From Heptranchias perlo (Eukaryota): DNA of 64,000 nucleotides. Positions within the stretch are counted from its first letter, which is position 1; each line of letters starts with the position of its first letter. The translations under genes and the position numbers were made by a program. This document shows, in pieces, positions 38,501-48,660 of this stretch. The DNA lies in contig NC_090354.1 of the NCBI RefSeq assembly GCF_035084215.1, positions 24,552,001-24,616,000 of the forward strand, in the 5' to 3' direction. The notes under the pieces were generated by a model that did not search any database, was not told the DNA's origin, and saw nothing but the letters and a program-made list of their open reading frames with translations.

Positions 38501-39099
38501 TAGAGTGAGTGAGATAGTGAGCGTGAGATAGAGGGACTGAGAAAGTGAGAGTGCGATAGAGCGAGTGAATAGTTCTGCCATTTTCACATCAATGGGCGGC
38601 CAATACTGGATTTAAATTTCCTGATTAAAGTTCTGATCAGATTGTTCATATTTCTTATACTTTCTATAAAACTCCTGTTTGAATAAAATAAAATCCAGTG
38701 TTCACTCACCTGTAACCCCTTCGAAAGTTTCATCAGGTTCAAGGGCTTGGTTTTCAGCGAGAGCCTCTCTTCAACACACACTCGGGGAAAGGGACCGCCC
38801 TGAAACAGAAGATCATCACCGTTACAGACAGCCCAGAGAGAGAAATACAGGAGAATCAGTGTCTATTAATTGAATAAAGTTACAAAATCCCAAACTATTT
38901 CTCCTGATACAACTTTTCACAACAGACCTTGTGGGGTTCGGATCCGGCTCTGGATGATGGTTAAACTCACCATTTCATTCAGTTTGCTCAGAGTCTCTAT
39001 GTTGAGAACTTGCTGTAACTGCAGCCTCTCACAGCCCAGACTCAGGGTCCCGGACAAGACCCACACAATCCAAAATCTCCAAACACTCGCCAAATCCAT
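35572..39099 (-). CDS. IFN: Type I interferon gene D, 185 aa: exon 1b 39099-38971, exon 2 38799-38710, exon 3 36018-35779, exon 4 35670-35572
   Basis: Open frame, GT-AG phase-0 introns, 4 Cys, ends RFSVCAWEIIRAETRASLQQILFITAQIRRRK*. Confidence 0.92.
36063..38145 (+). mobile_element. Degenerate CR1 in intron 2 of gene D
   Basis: NDHFASVFTKEE, PGNYRPVSL, SKFADDVK peptides; very similar to 61083-63183. Confidence 0.85.
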
Positions 39100-39289
39100 G
39101 TTCAACCGACCCATGGGTAAAACGCCGATTTGAAGGATGAGAAACTGAGCGGATCGCGGTTCAGCTCCGAAAACGGTTCTTGTCACTGAATGAAACTCTG
39201 GAAGGCGAAAGGCAGCCGCTTGTGATTCCAGAGAGACCGCCGGAGCTGCCGAGTCCTGTGGGTGTGTGGCTGGATGCTGGGAGCTCTCA

Positions 39290-39405
39290 CTGCCATTCTG
39301 GCAATGTGTGGCATTAGATTCGAAAAGTGAAATCGGGCTGCAGGAGTTTCTGAGGTGAGGAACCCAAAAGCTGGAGATTCCTCAACCAGCGACTGGAAAA
39401 TCCCC
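39290..39405 (-). promoter_or_regulatory. Proximal promoter of gene D: IRF-E and kB retained, TATA-like box deleted
   Basis: GAAAAGTGAAA 39322-39332; kB 39395-39405; the 23 nt containing CTTAAAG in gene B are replaced by one T at about 39297. Confidence 0.65.
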
Positions 39406-40067
39406 GATGGAAGATCACAACCAGCGCCTCGTTCCAGCTCAATGTTCCATCGATTTGTACCAATATTTTCAACATGGATTTTGGAAAACGCTATTGTTTC
39501 CTCAGAATTGTAAGAATTCGCATCACGGGGGCACTAAAGGGGCAGTTGTTTCGATTGATGGACTGTCTCCATTTCCCCTTTCCCCCAGACATCACATTCC
39601 CCCTCCACCGTCAGTATCCGATTTCCAGCTCCCTCAGTTTCTGATTCCACTTCTTCACTTCAGTTTATCATTCCCCCTCTTCTCAGTACCTGGTTCCCAT
39701 TCTCCCCTCAGATCTGATTTGTCCCTCCACTCAGAGTCTGATTCCATCTCCTCCTAGGGTCTGATTCCCTCTCTCCCCTCAGTATCTCCTCTGGTCTCCC
39801 CTCAGAGTCACCCTCCCCTCAAGATAATTATCATAAGAACATAAGAACATAAGAAATTGGAGCAGGAGTAGGCCAATCGGCCCCTCGAGCCTGCTCCGCC
39901 ATTCAATAAGATCATGGCTGATCTGATCCCAACCACAAATCTAAAGAACACAAGAAGTCGGAGCAGGACCCGGCCACATAGCCCCTGGGCCCTCTCCGCC
40001 ACCCACAGGGCATTGACCGATCCGAACTCAGCTTCATGTCCAATTTCCTGCCCGCTCCCCATAACCC

Positions 40068-42887
40068 CTAATTCCCTTTACTTCTAGGAAACTCTATTTC
40101 TGTTTTAAATTTATCGAATGATGTAGCTTCCACAGCTTCCTGGGGCAGCAAATTCCACAGACCTACCACCCTCTGAGTGAAGAAGTTTCTCCTCATCTCA
40201 GTTTTGAAAGAGCAGCCCCTTATTCTAAGATTATGCCCCCTAGTTCTAGTTTCACCCATCTTTGGGAACATCCTTACTGCATCCACCCGATCAAGACCCT
40301 TCACAATCTTATATGTTTCAATAAGATCGCCTCTCATTCTTCTGAACTCCAATGAGTAGAGTCCCAATCTACTCAACCTCTCCTCATATGTCCGCCCCCT
40401 CATCCCCGGGATTAACCGAGTGAACCTTCTTTGTACTGCCTCGAGAGCAAGTATGTCTTTTCTTAAGTATGGAGACCAAAACTGTATGCAGTATTCCAGG
40501 TGCGGTCTCACCAATACCTTATATAACTGCAGCAATACCTCCTTGTTTTTATATTCTATCCCCCTAGCAATAAAAGCCAACATTCCGTTGGCTTTCTTGA
40601 TCACCTGCTGCACCTGCATACCAACTTTTTGATTTTCTTGCACTAGGACCCCCAGATCCCTTTGTACTGCAGTACTTTCCAGTCTCTCGCCATTAAGAAA
40701 ATAACTTGCTCTCTGATTTTTCCTGCCAAAGTGCATAACCTCACATTTTCCAATATTATATTGCATCTGCCAAATCTCCGCCCACTCACCCAGCCTGTCT
40801 ATATCCCCTTGCAGGTTTTTTATGTCCTCCTCACTCTCTACTTTCCCTCCCATCTTTGTATCATCTGCAAATTTTGATATGTTGCACTCGGTCCCCTCCT
40901 CCAAATCGTTAATATAGATTGTAAAGAGTTGGGGACCCAGCACCGACCCCTGTGGAACACCACTGGTTACTGGTTGCCAGTCCGAAAATGAACCATTTAT
41001 CCCAACTCTCTGCTTCCTGTTCGATAACCAATCCTCCACCCATGCCAGAATATTACCCCCAATCCCGTGATTTTTTATCTTAAGTAATAATCTTTTATGT
41101 GGCACCTTGTCGAATGCCTTCTGGAAGTCTAAATACACTATGTCCACTGGTTCCCCTTTATCCACCCTATACGTTATATCCTCGAAGAACTCAAGCAAAT
41201 TTGTCAGACATGACTTCCCCTTCATAAAGCCATGCTGACTTTGTCCTATTAAATTATGCTTATCTAAATGTTCCGTTACTGTCTCCTTAATAATAGACTC
41301 CAAAATTTTACCCACCACAGATGTCAGGCTAACTGGCCTATAATTTCCAGCCTTCTGCCTACTACCCTTTTTAAATAACGGTGTTACATTAGCAGTTTTC
41401 CAATCTGCCGGGACCTCTCCTGAGTCCAGGGAATTTTGGAAAACTATCACCAAAGCATCCACAATCCCTACTGCCACTTCCCTCAAGACCCTAGGATGGA
41501 AGCCATCAGGTCCAGGGGATTTATCCGCCTTGAGTCCCATTATTTTACTGAGTACCATCTCCTGAGTGATTTTAATCGTATTTAGCTCCTCCCCCCCGAG
41601 AGTCCCCTGTTTGTCCAGTGTTGGGATATTCTTAGTGTCCTCTACTGTAAAGACTGAAACAAAATATTTGTTCAGCATTTTTGCCATCTCCATGTTTCCC
41701 ACCATTAATTTCCCGGTCTCATCCTCTAAGGGACCTATGTTTGCCTTAGCCACCCTTTTTCTTTTTATATAACTATAGAAACTCTTGCTATCTGTTTTTA
41801 TATTTTTTGCTAATTTCTTTTCATAATCTAACTTCCCTTTCTTAATCAATCCTTTAGTTACTTTTTGCTGTCTTTTGAAGAATTCCCAATCTTCTATCCT
41901 CCCACTAAGTTTGGCTACCTTATATGTCCTTGTTTTTAGTCGGATACTATCCTTGATTTCTTTACTTAGCCACGGATGGCTGTCATTTCTTTTACACCCT
42001 TTTTTCCTCAGTGGAATATATTTATTTTGAAAGTTGTAAAATAACTCCCTAAATGAACACCACTGCTCATGTACCGTCTTACCCTTTAATCTATTTTCCC
42101 AGTCCACTTTAATCAATTCCGCTCTCATACCATCATAGTCTCCTTTATTCAAGCTCAGTACGCTTGTTTGAGAATCAACCTTCTCACCCTCTAATTGGAT
42201 ATGGAATTCAACCATGTTGTGGTCGCTCGTTCCAAGGGGATCCTTAACTAGGACATTATTAATTAATCCTGACTCATTACACAGGACCAGGTCCAAGGTT
42301 GCCTGCCCCCTTGTAGGATCAGTTACATACTGCTCAAGAAATCCATCCCTGATGCACTCAATGAACTCGTCCTCAAGGCTGCTCTGCCCAATTTGATTTG
42401 TCCAGTTAATATGATAATTAAAATCCCCCATAATTATGGCTGTTCCCTTATTACATGCCCCGACTATCTCCTGATTAATACTTCTTCCAGCAGAGTTGCA
42501 ACTATTAGGAGGCCTATATACTACGCCCACTAATGTTTTTTTTCCCTTATTATTCCTTATCTCCACCCAAACTGTTTCATTATCTTGATGCTTTGTCCCA
42601 ATATCATTTCTCTGTATTACAGTGATTCCTTCCTTTATTAACATAGCCACCCCACCTCCCCTTCCTTCCTGCCTGTCCTTCCTGATTGTTAAATACCCTG
42701 GCATATTTAATTCCCAGTCGTTGTCACCCTGCAGCCATGTTTCTGTAATGGCCACAAGATCATACCCATACGTAGTTATTTGTGCCGTTAACTCGTCCAT
42801 TTTATTACGAATGCTACGTGCATTCAGATAAAGAACTTTCAAATCTGTTTTGTGACGCTTAGTTCCTGCTTTTTCCTTTTTTAACAC
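40068..42887 (-). CDS. CR1 ORF2: APE endonuclease plus reverse transcriptase (939 aa; apparent small frameshift in the last ~10 codons)
   Basis: YLNARSI, ITETWL, GDFN, SDHN (APE); YRPVSLTS, DFQKAFDKV, GVPQGSVLGP, FADD (RT). Confidence 0.93.
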   Translation of the reverse strand: MLKKEKAGTKRHKTDLKVLYLNARSIRNKMDELTAQITTYGYDLVAITETWLQGDNDWELNMPGYLTIRKDRQEGRGGGVAMLIKEGITVIQRNDIGTKHQDNETVWVEIRNNKGKKTLVGVVYRPPNSCNSAGRSINQEIVGACNKGTAIIMGDFNYHINWTNQIGQSSLEDEFIECIRDGFLEQYVTDPTRGQATLDLVLCNESGLINNVLVKDPLGTSDHNMVEFHIQLEGEKVDSQTSVLSLNKGDYDGMRAELIKVDWENRLKGKTVHEQWCSFRELFYNFQNKYIPLRKKGCKRNDSHPWLSKEIKDSIRLKTRTYKVAKLSGRIEDWEFFKRQQKVTKGLIKKGKLDYEKKLAKNIKTDSKSFYSYIKRKRVAKANIGPLEDETGKLMVGNMEMAKMLNKYFVSVFTVEDTKNIPTLDKQGTLGGEELNTIKITQEMVLSKIMGLKADKSPGPDGFHPRVLREVAVGIVDALVIVFQNSLDSGEVPADWKTANVTPLFKKGSRQKAGNYRPVSLTSVVGKILESIIKETVTEHLDKHNLIGQSQHGFMKGKSCLTNLLEFFEDITYRVDKGEPVDIVYLDFQKAFDKVPHKRLLLKIKNHGIGGNILAWVEDWLSNRKQRVGINGSFSDWQPVTSGVPQGSVLGPQLFTIYINDLEEGTECNISKFADDTKMGGKVESEEDIKNLQGDIDRLGEWAEIWQMQYNIGKCEVMHFGRKNQRASYFLNGERLESTAVQRDLGVLVQENQKVGMQVQQVIKKANGMLAFIARGIEYKNKEVLLQLYKVLVRPHLEYCIQFWSPYLRKDILALEAVQRRFTRLIPGMRGRTYEERLSRLGLYSLEFRRMRGDLIETYKIVKGLDRVDAVRMFPKMGETRTRGHNLRIRGCSFKTEMRRNFFTQRVVGLWNLLPQEAVEATSFDKFKTEIEFPRSKGN

Positions 42888-42970
42888 TTTACCTATTACT
42901 CCATACCTTCTGTCCCTTCCTGTTACGCTTTCCTCTCTCTCCCTGCTCAGGTTCCCAACCCCCTGCCACT

Positions 42971-43921
42971 TTAGTTTAAACCCTCCCCAACAGCACTAGC
43001 AAACACTCCTCCTAGGACAGCGGTCCCGGCCCTGCCCAGGTGCAGACCATCCGGTTTGTACTGGTCCCACCTCCCCCAGAACCGTTTCCAGTGTCCCAGG
43101 AATTTGAATCCCTCCCCCTTGCACCATTCCTCTAGCCACGTATTCATTTGAAATATCCTCCTATTTCTACTCTGACTAGCACGTGGCACTGGCAGCAATC
43201 CTGAGATTACTACCTTTGAGGTCCTATTTTTTAATTTACCTCCTAACTCCCTATATTCTGCTTTTAGGACCTCATCCCCTTTTTTACCTATATCGTTGGT
43301 GCCTATGTGCACCACGACAGCTGGCTGTTCGCCCTCCCCCTCCAAAATGTTCTGTAGCCGCTCCGAGACATCCTTGATCCTTGCACCAGGGAGGCAACAC
43401 ACCATCCTGGAGTCTCGGTTGCGGCCGCAGAAACGCCTGTCTATTCCCCTTACAATTGAGTCCCCTATCACTATAGCTCTGCCACTCTTTTTCCTCCCAG
43501 CCTGTGCAGCAGAGCTACCCGTGGTGCCAGGAAGTTGGCTGCTGCTGCCTTCCCCTGATAAGTCATCCCCCCCAACAGCATCCAAAGTGGCATATCTGTT
43601 TGAGAGGGGGATGGCCACAGGGGACCCCTGCACTACCTGCCTGCATCTCTTACTCTTCCTGGTGGTCACCCATTCACTTCCTGCCTGTATACCCTTTACC
43701 TGCGGTGTGACCAACTCGCTAAACGTGCTATCCACGAGTTTCTCTGCATCGCGGATGCTCCACAGTGAGTCCACCCGCAGCTCCAGCTCCGAGATACGAT
43801 CGGTCAGTAGCTGCAGGTGGACACACTTCCCGCACACATGGTCGGCAGGGACACTGGTAGTGTCCATGACTTCCCACATCTTGCAGGAGGAGCATATCAC
43901 GGGTGCGAGGTCTGCTGCCAT
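42971..43921 (-). CDS. CR1 ORF1: zinc finger/leucine zipper plus SGNH esterase domain (316 aa)
   Basis: CSSC...CGKC, heptad Leu, IVIGDS, HIGTND, DGLHL motifs. Confidence 0.9.
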   Translation of the reverse strand: MAADLAPVICSSCKMWEVMDTTSVPADHVCGKCVHLQLLTDRISELELRVDSLWSIRDAEKLVDSTFSELVTPQVKGIQAGSEWVTTRKSKRCRQVVQGSPVAIPLSNRYATLDAVGGDDLSGEGSSSQLPGTTGSSAAQAGRKKSGRAIVIGDSIVRGIDRRFCGRNRDSRMVCCLPGARIKDVSERLQNILEGEGEQPAVVVHIGTNDIGKKGDEVLKAEYRELGGKLKNRTSKVVISGLLPVPRASQSRNRRIFQMNTWLEEWCKGEGFKFLGHWKRFWGRWDQYKPDGLHLGRAGTAVLGGVFASAVGEGLN

Positions 43922-44212
43922 GACTTGCCTTAGCTTAGTTACCCCTTTTAAATTACGTTGAAATTAGAAAATGTTAACTATACTAGGGACCTAGGTTCAC
44001 TAAAAAAAAACAAAAAAAAAAACACTATCTGCTATAAAACCTGCAGATCTTCCCTTTCTTATTACTTTACTTACAGTAAAATGGTAGAAATACTCACCTG
44101 AACCTACTCACCAATCAGCTGCCTCCCCTGTGCCGCGTCACTTTCTGACTGGTGACGGCACCCCGAACTCTGCCGCTGGTCTCAGAGTCTCGGTCTCAGA
44201 GTAAGCTCTGGT

Positions 44213-44411
44213 CTCGCTCTCTCCGCGCTGTTTATATCCCCGCTCTGGTCTCGCTCTCTCCCGCCGCTCACCGACTGGACTCTCGCTCTCTCCGCGCTGT
44301 TTATATCTCCGCTCTGGTCTCGCTCTTTACCGCCGCTCACCGACTGGACTCTCGCTCTCTCCGCGCTGTTTTTATCCCCGCTCTGGTCTCGCTCTCTCCC
44401 GCCGCTCACCG
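44213..44411. repeat. 69-bp tandem repeat, about 3 copies, in the CR1 5' UTR
   Basis: Units start at 44213, 44282 and 44351 (ctcgctctctccgcgctgttt...). Confidence 0.9.
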
Positions 44412-44480
44412 CTCTCAGGTCCACTACCGCTCTGCAGGAAAAGCAAGGCAAAGCAGCACCTCCTTCCCCCACTTTACCAA

Positions 44481-45069
44481 ACTCCCACACGTACCGAACT
44501 CTCAGCACACTGTGTTGTCCTCACACCGTGCTGTCCGCACTGACAGGCCCCTGTATTTCTACAGTTGAGACTCAGATGAGTCAGGCCTGCCCCACCTTCA
44601 GGTACCAATTGAATCTAGCTAACCAATTAACTTGCTACAGCAGCTCTCTGCTGAAGCCAGACAGAAACTTAGAAATTTAAACTTTTAAATTGACCTTAAA
44701 CAGTTGAAGCAATATGCACTAGATTTAAAGAGATTAACCCTTAAAGAGATTAACCCTTCAACTCCCACACGTACCGAACTCTCAGCACACTATGTTGTCC
44801 TCACACCGTGCTGTCCGCACTGACAGGCCCCTGTATTTCTACAGTTGAGACTCAGATGAGTCAGGCCTGCCCCACCTTCAGGTACCAATTGAATCGAGCT
44901 AACCAATTAACTTGCTACAGCAGCTCTCTGCTGAAGCCAGACAGAAACTTAGAAATTGACCTTAAACAGTTGAAGCAATATGCACTAGATTTAAAGAGAT
45001 TAACCCTTAAAGAGATTAACCCTTCAACTCCCACACGTACCGAACTCTCAGCACACTATGTTGTCCTCA
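44481..45069. repeat. 266-280 bp tandem monomers (2 full + 1 partial) at the CR1 5' end
   Basis: actcccacacgtaccgaact starts at 44481, 44761 and 45027; the units differ mainly by a 14-bp indel. Confidence 0.9.
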
Positions 45070-45458
45070 CTCTCAGTGTTTTGTTTTTTTTTCTCCCCTC
45101 GGGTTCTGATTCGCCCACTTCCTCACTGTCAGATTCTCCCTATCGCCACAATATTGCTCTCCCTCTCCCCTCAGACTCTAAACCATTCCTCAATATCAGG
45201 GTGCCCCTCTCCTCAGGCCCTGATTCCCCCTCCCTTCCATATCTGATTCTCTCTCTTTCCGCAGGGTCTCATTTCCCCTTCCTTCCAATTATGATTCCCC
45301 CTCAGGACCTCATTTCCCCTCTTTCCATAGTGTCTGATTCCCCCTCCCCTCAATGCCTGATTCCCAAACTTTCCTCAGTTTATTATTCCTTATCTCCTCT
45401 GTGCCTTGTTTACATTCTCTCCTCAGATCTGATTCCACCTTCACTCAGAGTCTGATCC

Positions 45459-46160
45459 TGTCGGCGGATTTCTCCGTTACTGTTGCAACGATGGGTTGTT
45501 AATCCATCAACAATAACTTCCACTTGATTTGAGCCCAAGTGGTTATAAAAAGCAAGTTTAATAGATTGACTAACAACAGAGATGCACTACAGCTGTCTTC
45601 AACATTACATTCAACAGTTATAATACAACAGTCTACAGATAACATTAAATGAATAGCAAGCAATACAACCTGATGGAGTACCAACCGTACACTCTTGAGA
45701 GCTCTAACTTTTGGGAGGGAGCTTGCCTTATCTTTATACTGTTCAGCTGGATTGTTCTATATGTAAGCACCACTGGTCTTATCTCCTGTTTGTAAACCAT
45801 CCTACTGTGTTGACTCTCCAAAAACTACCAAGGATTGTTTAATGTCTTAGTGTTTATGTAGCCTTTCACCATTATCAGGTCTTAGTATGGTGAAAAGTCT
45901 TCGAACTTAAACGTTAACTCTGTCTGTTTCTTTCTCCACAGATGCTGCTTGACTTGCTGAGCTTCTCCACAATTTTCTGCTTTTATCTTATTATGTTTAT
46001 ACTAAGTTAGGACACCCTGTCTCGTGAATCTTACTGTTTTTCACTATTCAGTACCTCAGCACACTTTCAATGACCTCTTGGGTTTCTGTAAGTTATTTTC
46101 CTCAGAGATTGGACCTTTTCTGTCCTATTTTCTATGCTTGTTTTAAACCATATTCTGACA
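45459..46160. mobile_element. Probable solo LTR between exons 1a and 1b of gene D
   Basis: TGTC...GACA termini, GATCC/CATCC flanks (5-bp TSD with 1 mismatch), about 700 bp; absent in B and C. Confidence 0.6.
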
Positions 46161-46807
46161 CATCCCAACTCACTACCACCAGCCCAGGGTCTCATTCTCT
46201 CTCTCCCCTCAGTATATGATCTGTTATCCCCTGAGGGATTGGTTCACTCTCCCCTCAATACAAGATTAACCCTCTCATCAGTGTTTAAATTCCCTTCTCC
46301 CCACAGTACCTGATTAACCCTCTTCCCTCAGTTTTATGATGCCTCTTAACCTCAGTTTCTTCTTCCCCTCTCCACTCAGTGTCTGATTACAATTCCCCCA
46401 CAAATCTGATTCTCCCTTGACTCAGAGTTTGATCCCACATCGTGCTAGGGTCCGATTCCGTCTCTCCCCTCAGACTCTGTTTCCTTTCTCCCGTCTGATG
46501 CCCCCCTCTCCTCTGTATCTGATTCCCCTTGTCCCCTTAGTGTCTAATTCCCCCGTTTCATCCGGGGGCTAATTAACCTTCTTGGTTTCAGGAGACTTGT
46601 GCTGTTGGACACGATTAGGGAGAGAAACCAAGCCCAACAGAAGAGAGTCACTCTAACAATTTATACGGTCAAATGAACACTGACCAACCAGTGACCATTA
46701 ATTGGATAAGAAACATACACCTCCATGGTATTTCTTCTGATATAACTTTTCATAACAAACACACCCTGTGTGGTTCGGATCCGGCTCTGGATGCTGTTTA
46801 AACTCAC

Positions 46808-46939
46808 CATTTCATTCAGTTTCCTCAGAGTCTCTCTGTTGAGAACTTGCTGTAACTGCAGCCTCTCACAGCCCAGACTCAGGGTCCAGGGAAACAAGAC
46901 CAAAACAATCCAAAATCTCCAAACACTCGCCAAATCCAT
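46808..46939 (-). CDS. IFN: Distal alternative first exon (1a) of IFN gene D
   Basis: MDLASVWRFWIVLVLFPWTLSLGCERLQLQQVLNRETLRKLNEM|gtgagt. Confidence 0.72.
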
Positions 46940-46954
46940 GTTCAACCGACCCAT

Positions 46955-48153
46955 GGGTAAAACGCCGATTTGAAGGATGAGAAACTGAGCGGATCGCGGT
47001 TCAGCTCCGAAAACGGTTCTGAATGAAACTCTGGAAGTCGAAATGTCGCCGCTTGTGATCCCGGAGCGGTTGCCTGAGCTGCCGAGTCCTGTGGGTGTGC
47101 GGCTGGATACTGCTGGGAGCTCTCACTGCCATGCTGTCGGCTTTAAGAGGGGAGACTGGGAATGTTTGGATTACATTCGAAAAGTGAAATCTGGCCGCAG
47201 GAGAGCAATAATTTGTGCGGTTCCTTTCTGAGGTGAGGAATCTAAAAGCTGGAGATTCGTGAACCAGCGACTGGAAAATCCCCCATCGAAGATCACAACC
47301 AGCGCTCGGTCCCAGCTCAATGTTGTCTGGATTCGAATCAAGGGGGCACTGAAGTGGTGTCGGGGGCAGAGTCTGTATTGGGGGAGTGCGGACATGTATT
47401 GGGGGCTGTATTTTATAATCCGGGTTATAGTGACACCGACAGCGGTGATCCCGGTGCCGCGGCTTTTAGTGCTGACATTCGGCTCCATGGAGAGCGATTC
47501 CCTTTTAAATCCACTCTCTCCCCGGTGTGCTCACATCGTGCTTTTACTGTTCACACTTCGCGGGCTGGACATTGCAGAGAGCCCGGCTCACAGTGCAGGG
47601 TCACGGTCTGATGCTGTCTGTCCGATTCCCCTGTCGGAGATTCTGATCTTTAAGTCGAAAAAGTTCCTCATTTCTCGGTTGTTTTTTGGAGGTTTCTTGA
47701 GATTTTGTTCTCCAAGAATATTTAATCTGCTCGGACTCTGAATCCGAAGGAAGAACCGACTCCTTTTCTTTCATCGTTTCTTTCTTTTCTCTCTCCCGGG
47801 AAAGTGTCCGTGTCAGTTTGTCTGTGAAAATGAGCCTTGTGTCAATTTCACCGAAAGCGAAAGTGCCTCAGGGAAAGTGACGAGTCTCGTCATTTCCGAA
47901 ATTGAGGAGTGTTTGTAAACAGAACGGATCACCCTGAGAGGGAGTGAGGGGGAGCTGGGAAAAGGTTTGGGATATCCGGGATACCCCGGTTACTCGGGAA
48001 CATCACAAAATCACTCTCAGCTGTAACTACAAACAAAAACTTCTCCATGAGTGAATCTGGGACCGAATCTCACCAGCACCACCTGTGGACAGCGGCAGTG
48101 AGTGATTTGGGCTTGAATTGAACAATCATATTACAGCAATTTAAAGAGATACT
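46955..48153 (-). promoter_or_regulatory. Distal promoter block of gene D
   Basis: IRF-E 47179-47189, kB 47273-47283, ISRE-like 47853-47864. Confidence 0.7.
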
Positions 48154-48200
48154 GTAGCAGCATCTTCTTCTTTGGTAAAGACAGATGCAAATTATTCATT

Positions 48201-48657
48201 TCAAATTCAAGGGTTAAGTTACGAGGAGAGATTACACAAATTGGGGTTGTTTTCTCTAGAGTTTCGAAAGTTAAGGGGTGATCTGATCGAAGTTTATAAG
48301 ATATTAAGGGGAACGGATCGGGTGGATCGAGAGAAACTATTTCCGCTGGTTGGGGATTCTAGGAGTAGAGGGCACAGTCTAAAAATTAGAGCCAGGCCTT
48401 TCAGGAGCGAGATTAGAAAACATTTTTACACACAAAGTGTGGTAGAAGTTTGGAACTCTCTTCTGCAAACGGCAAATGATACTAGCTCAATTGCTAAATT
48501 TAAATGTGAGATAAATAGCTTTTTGGCAACCAAAGGTATTAAGGGATATGGGCCAAAGGCAGGTATATGGAGTTAGATCACAGATCAGCCATGATCTTAT
48601 CAAATGGCGGAGCAGGCACGAGGGGCTGAATGGCCTACTCCTGTTCCGATGTTCCTA
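48201..48657 (+). mobile_element. CR1 3' fragment nested in an older CR1
   Basis: GLSYEERLHKLGLFSLEFRKLRGDLIEVYKI peptide and CR1 3' UTR. Confidence 0.8.
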
Positions 48658-48660
48658 CAA

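Larger units (their letters stand above)
39832..45066 (-). mobile_element. Young full-length CR1 LINE inserted between exons 1a and 1b of gene D
   Basis: Intact ORF1, near-intact ORF2, (TTCTTATG)n tail at about 39832-39855; the homologous site in gene E (about 59385-59400) is empty. Confidence 0.93.

Noticed and set aside
44152-45455. 138-, 108- and 215-aa ORFs and a CRISPR-like look of the tandem repeats
   Set aside because: Products of tandem repeats in the CR1 5' UTR; the units are contiguous with no unique spacers, and the context is eukaryotic
45863-45990. Penelope-like terminal fragment that resembles a minimal hammerhead ribozyme (also about 58470-58595)
   Set aside because: The catalytic boxes are mutated (ATGGTGA for CTGATGA, TAAA for GAAA), so it cannot be called a ribozyme
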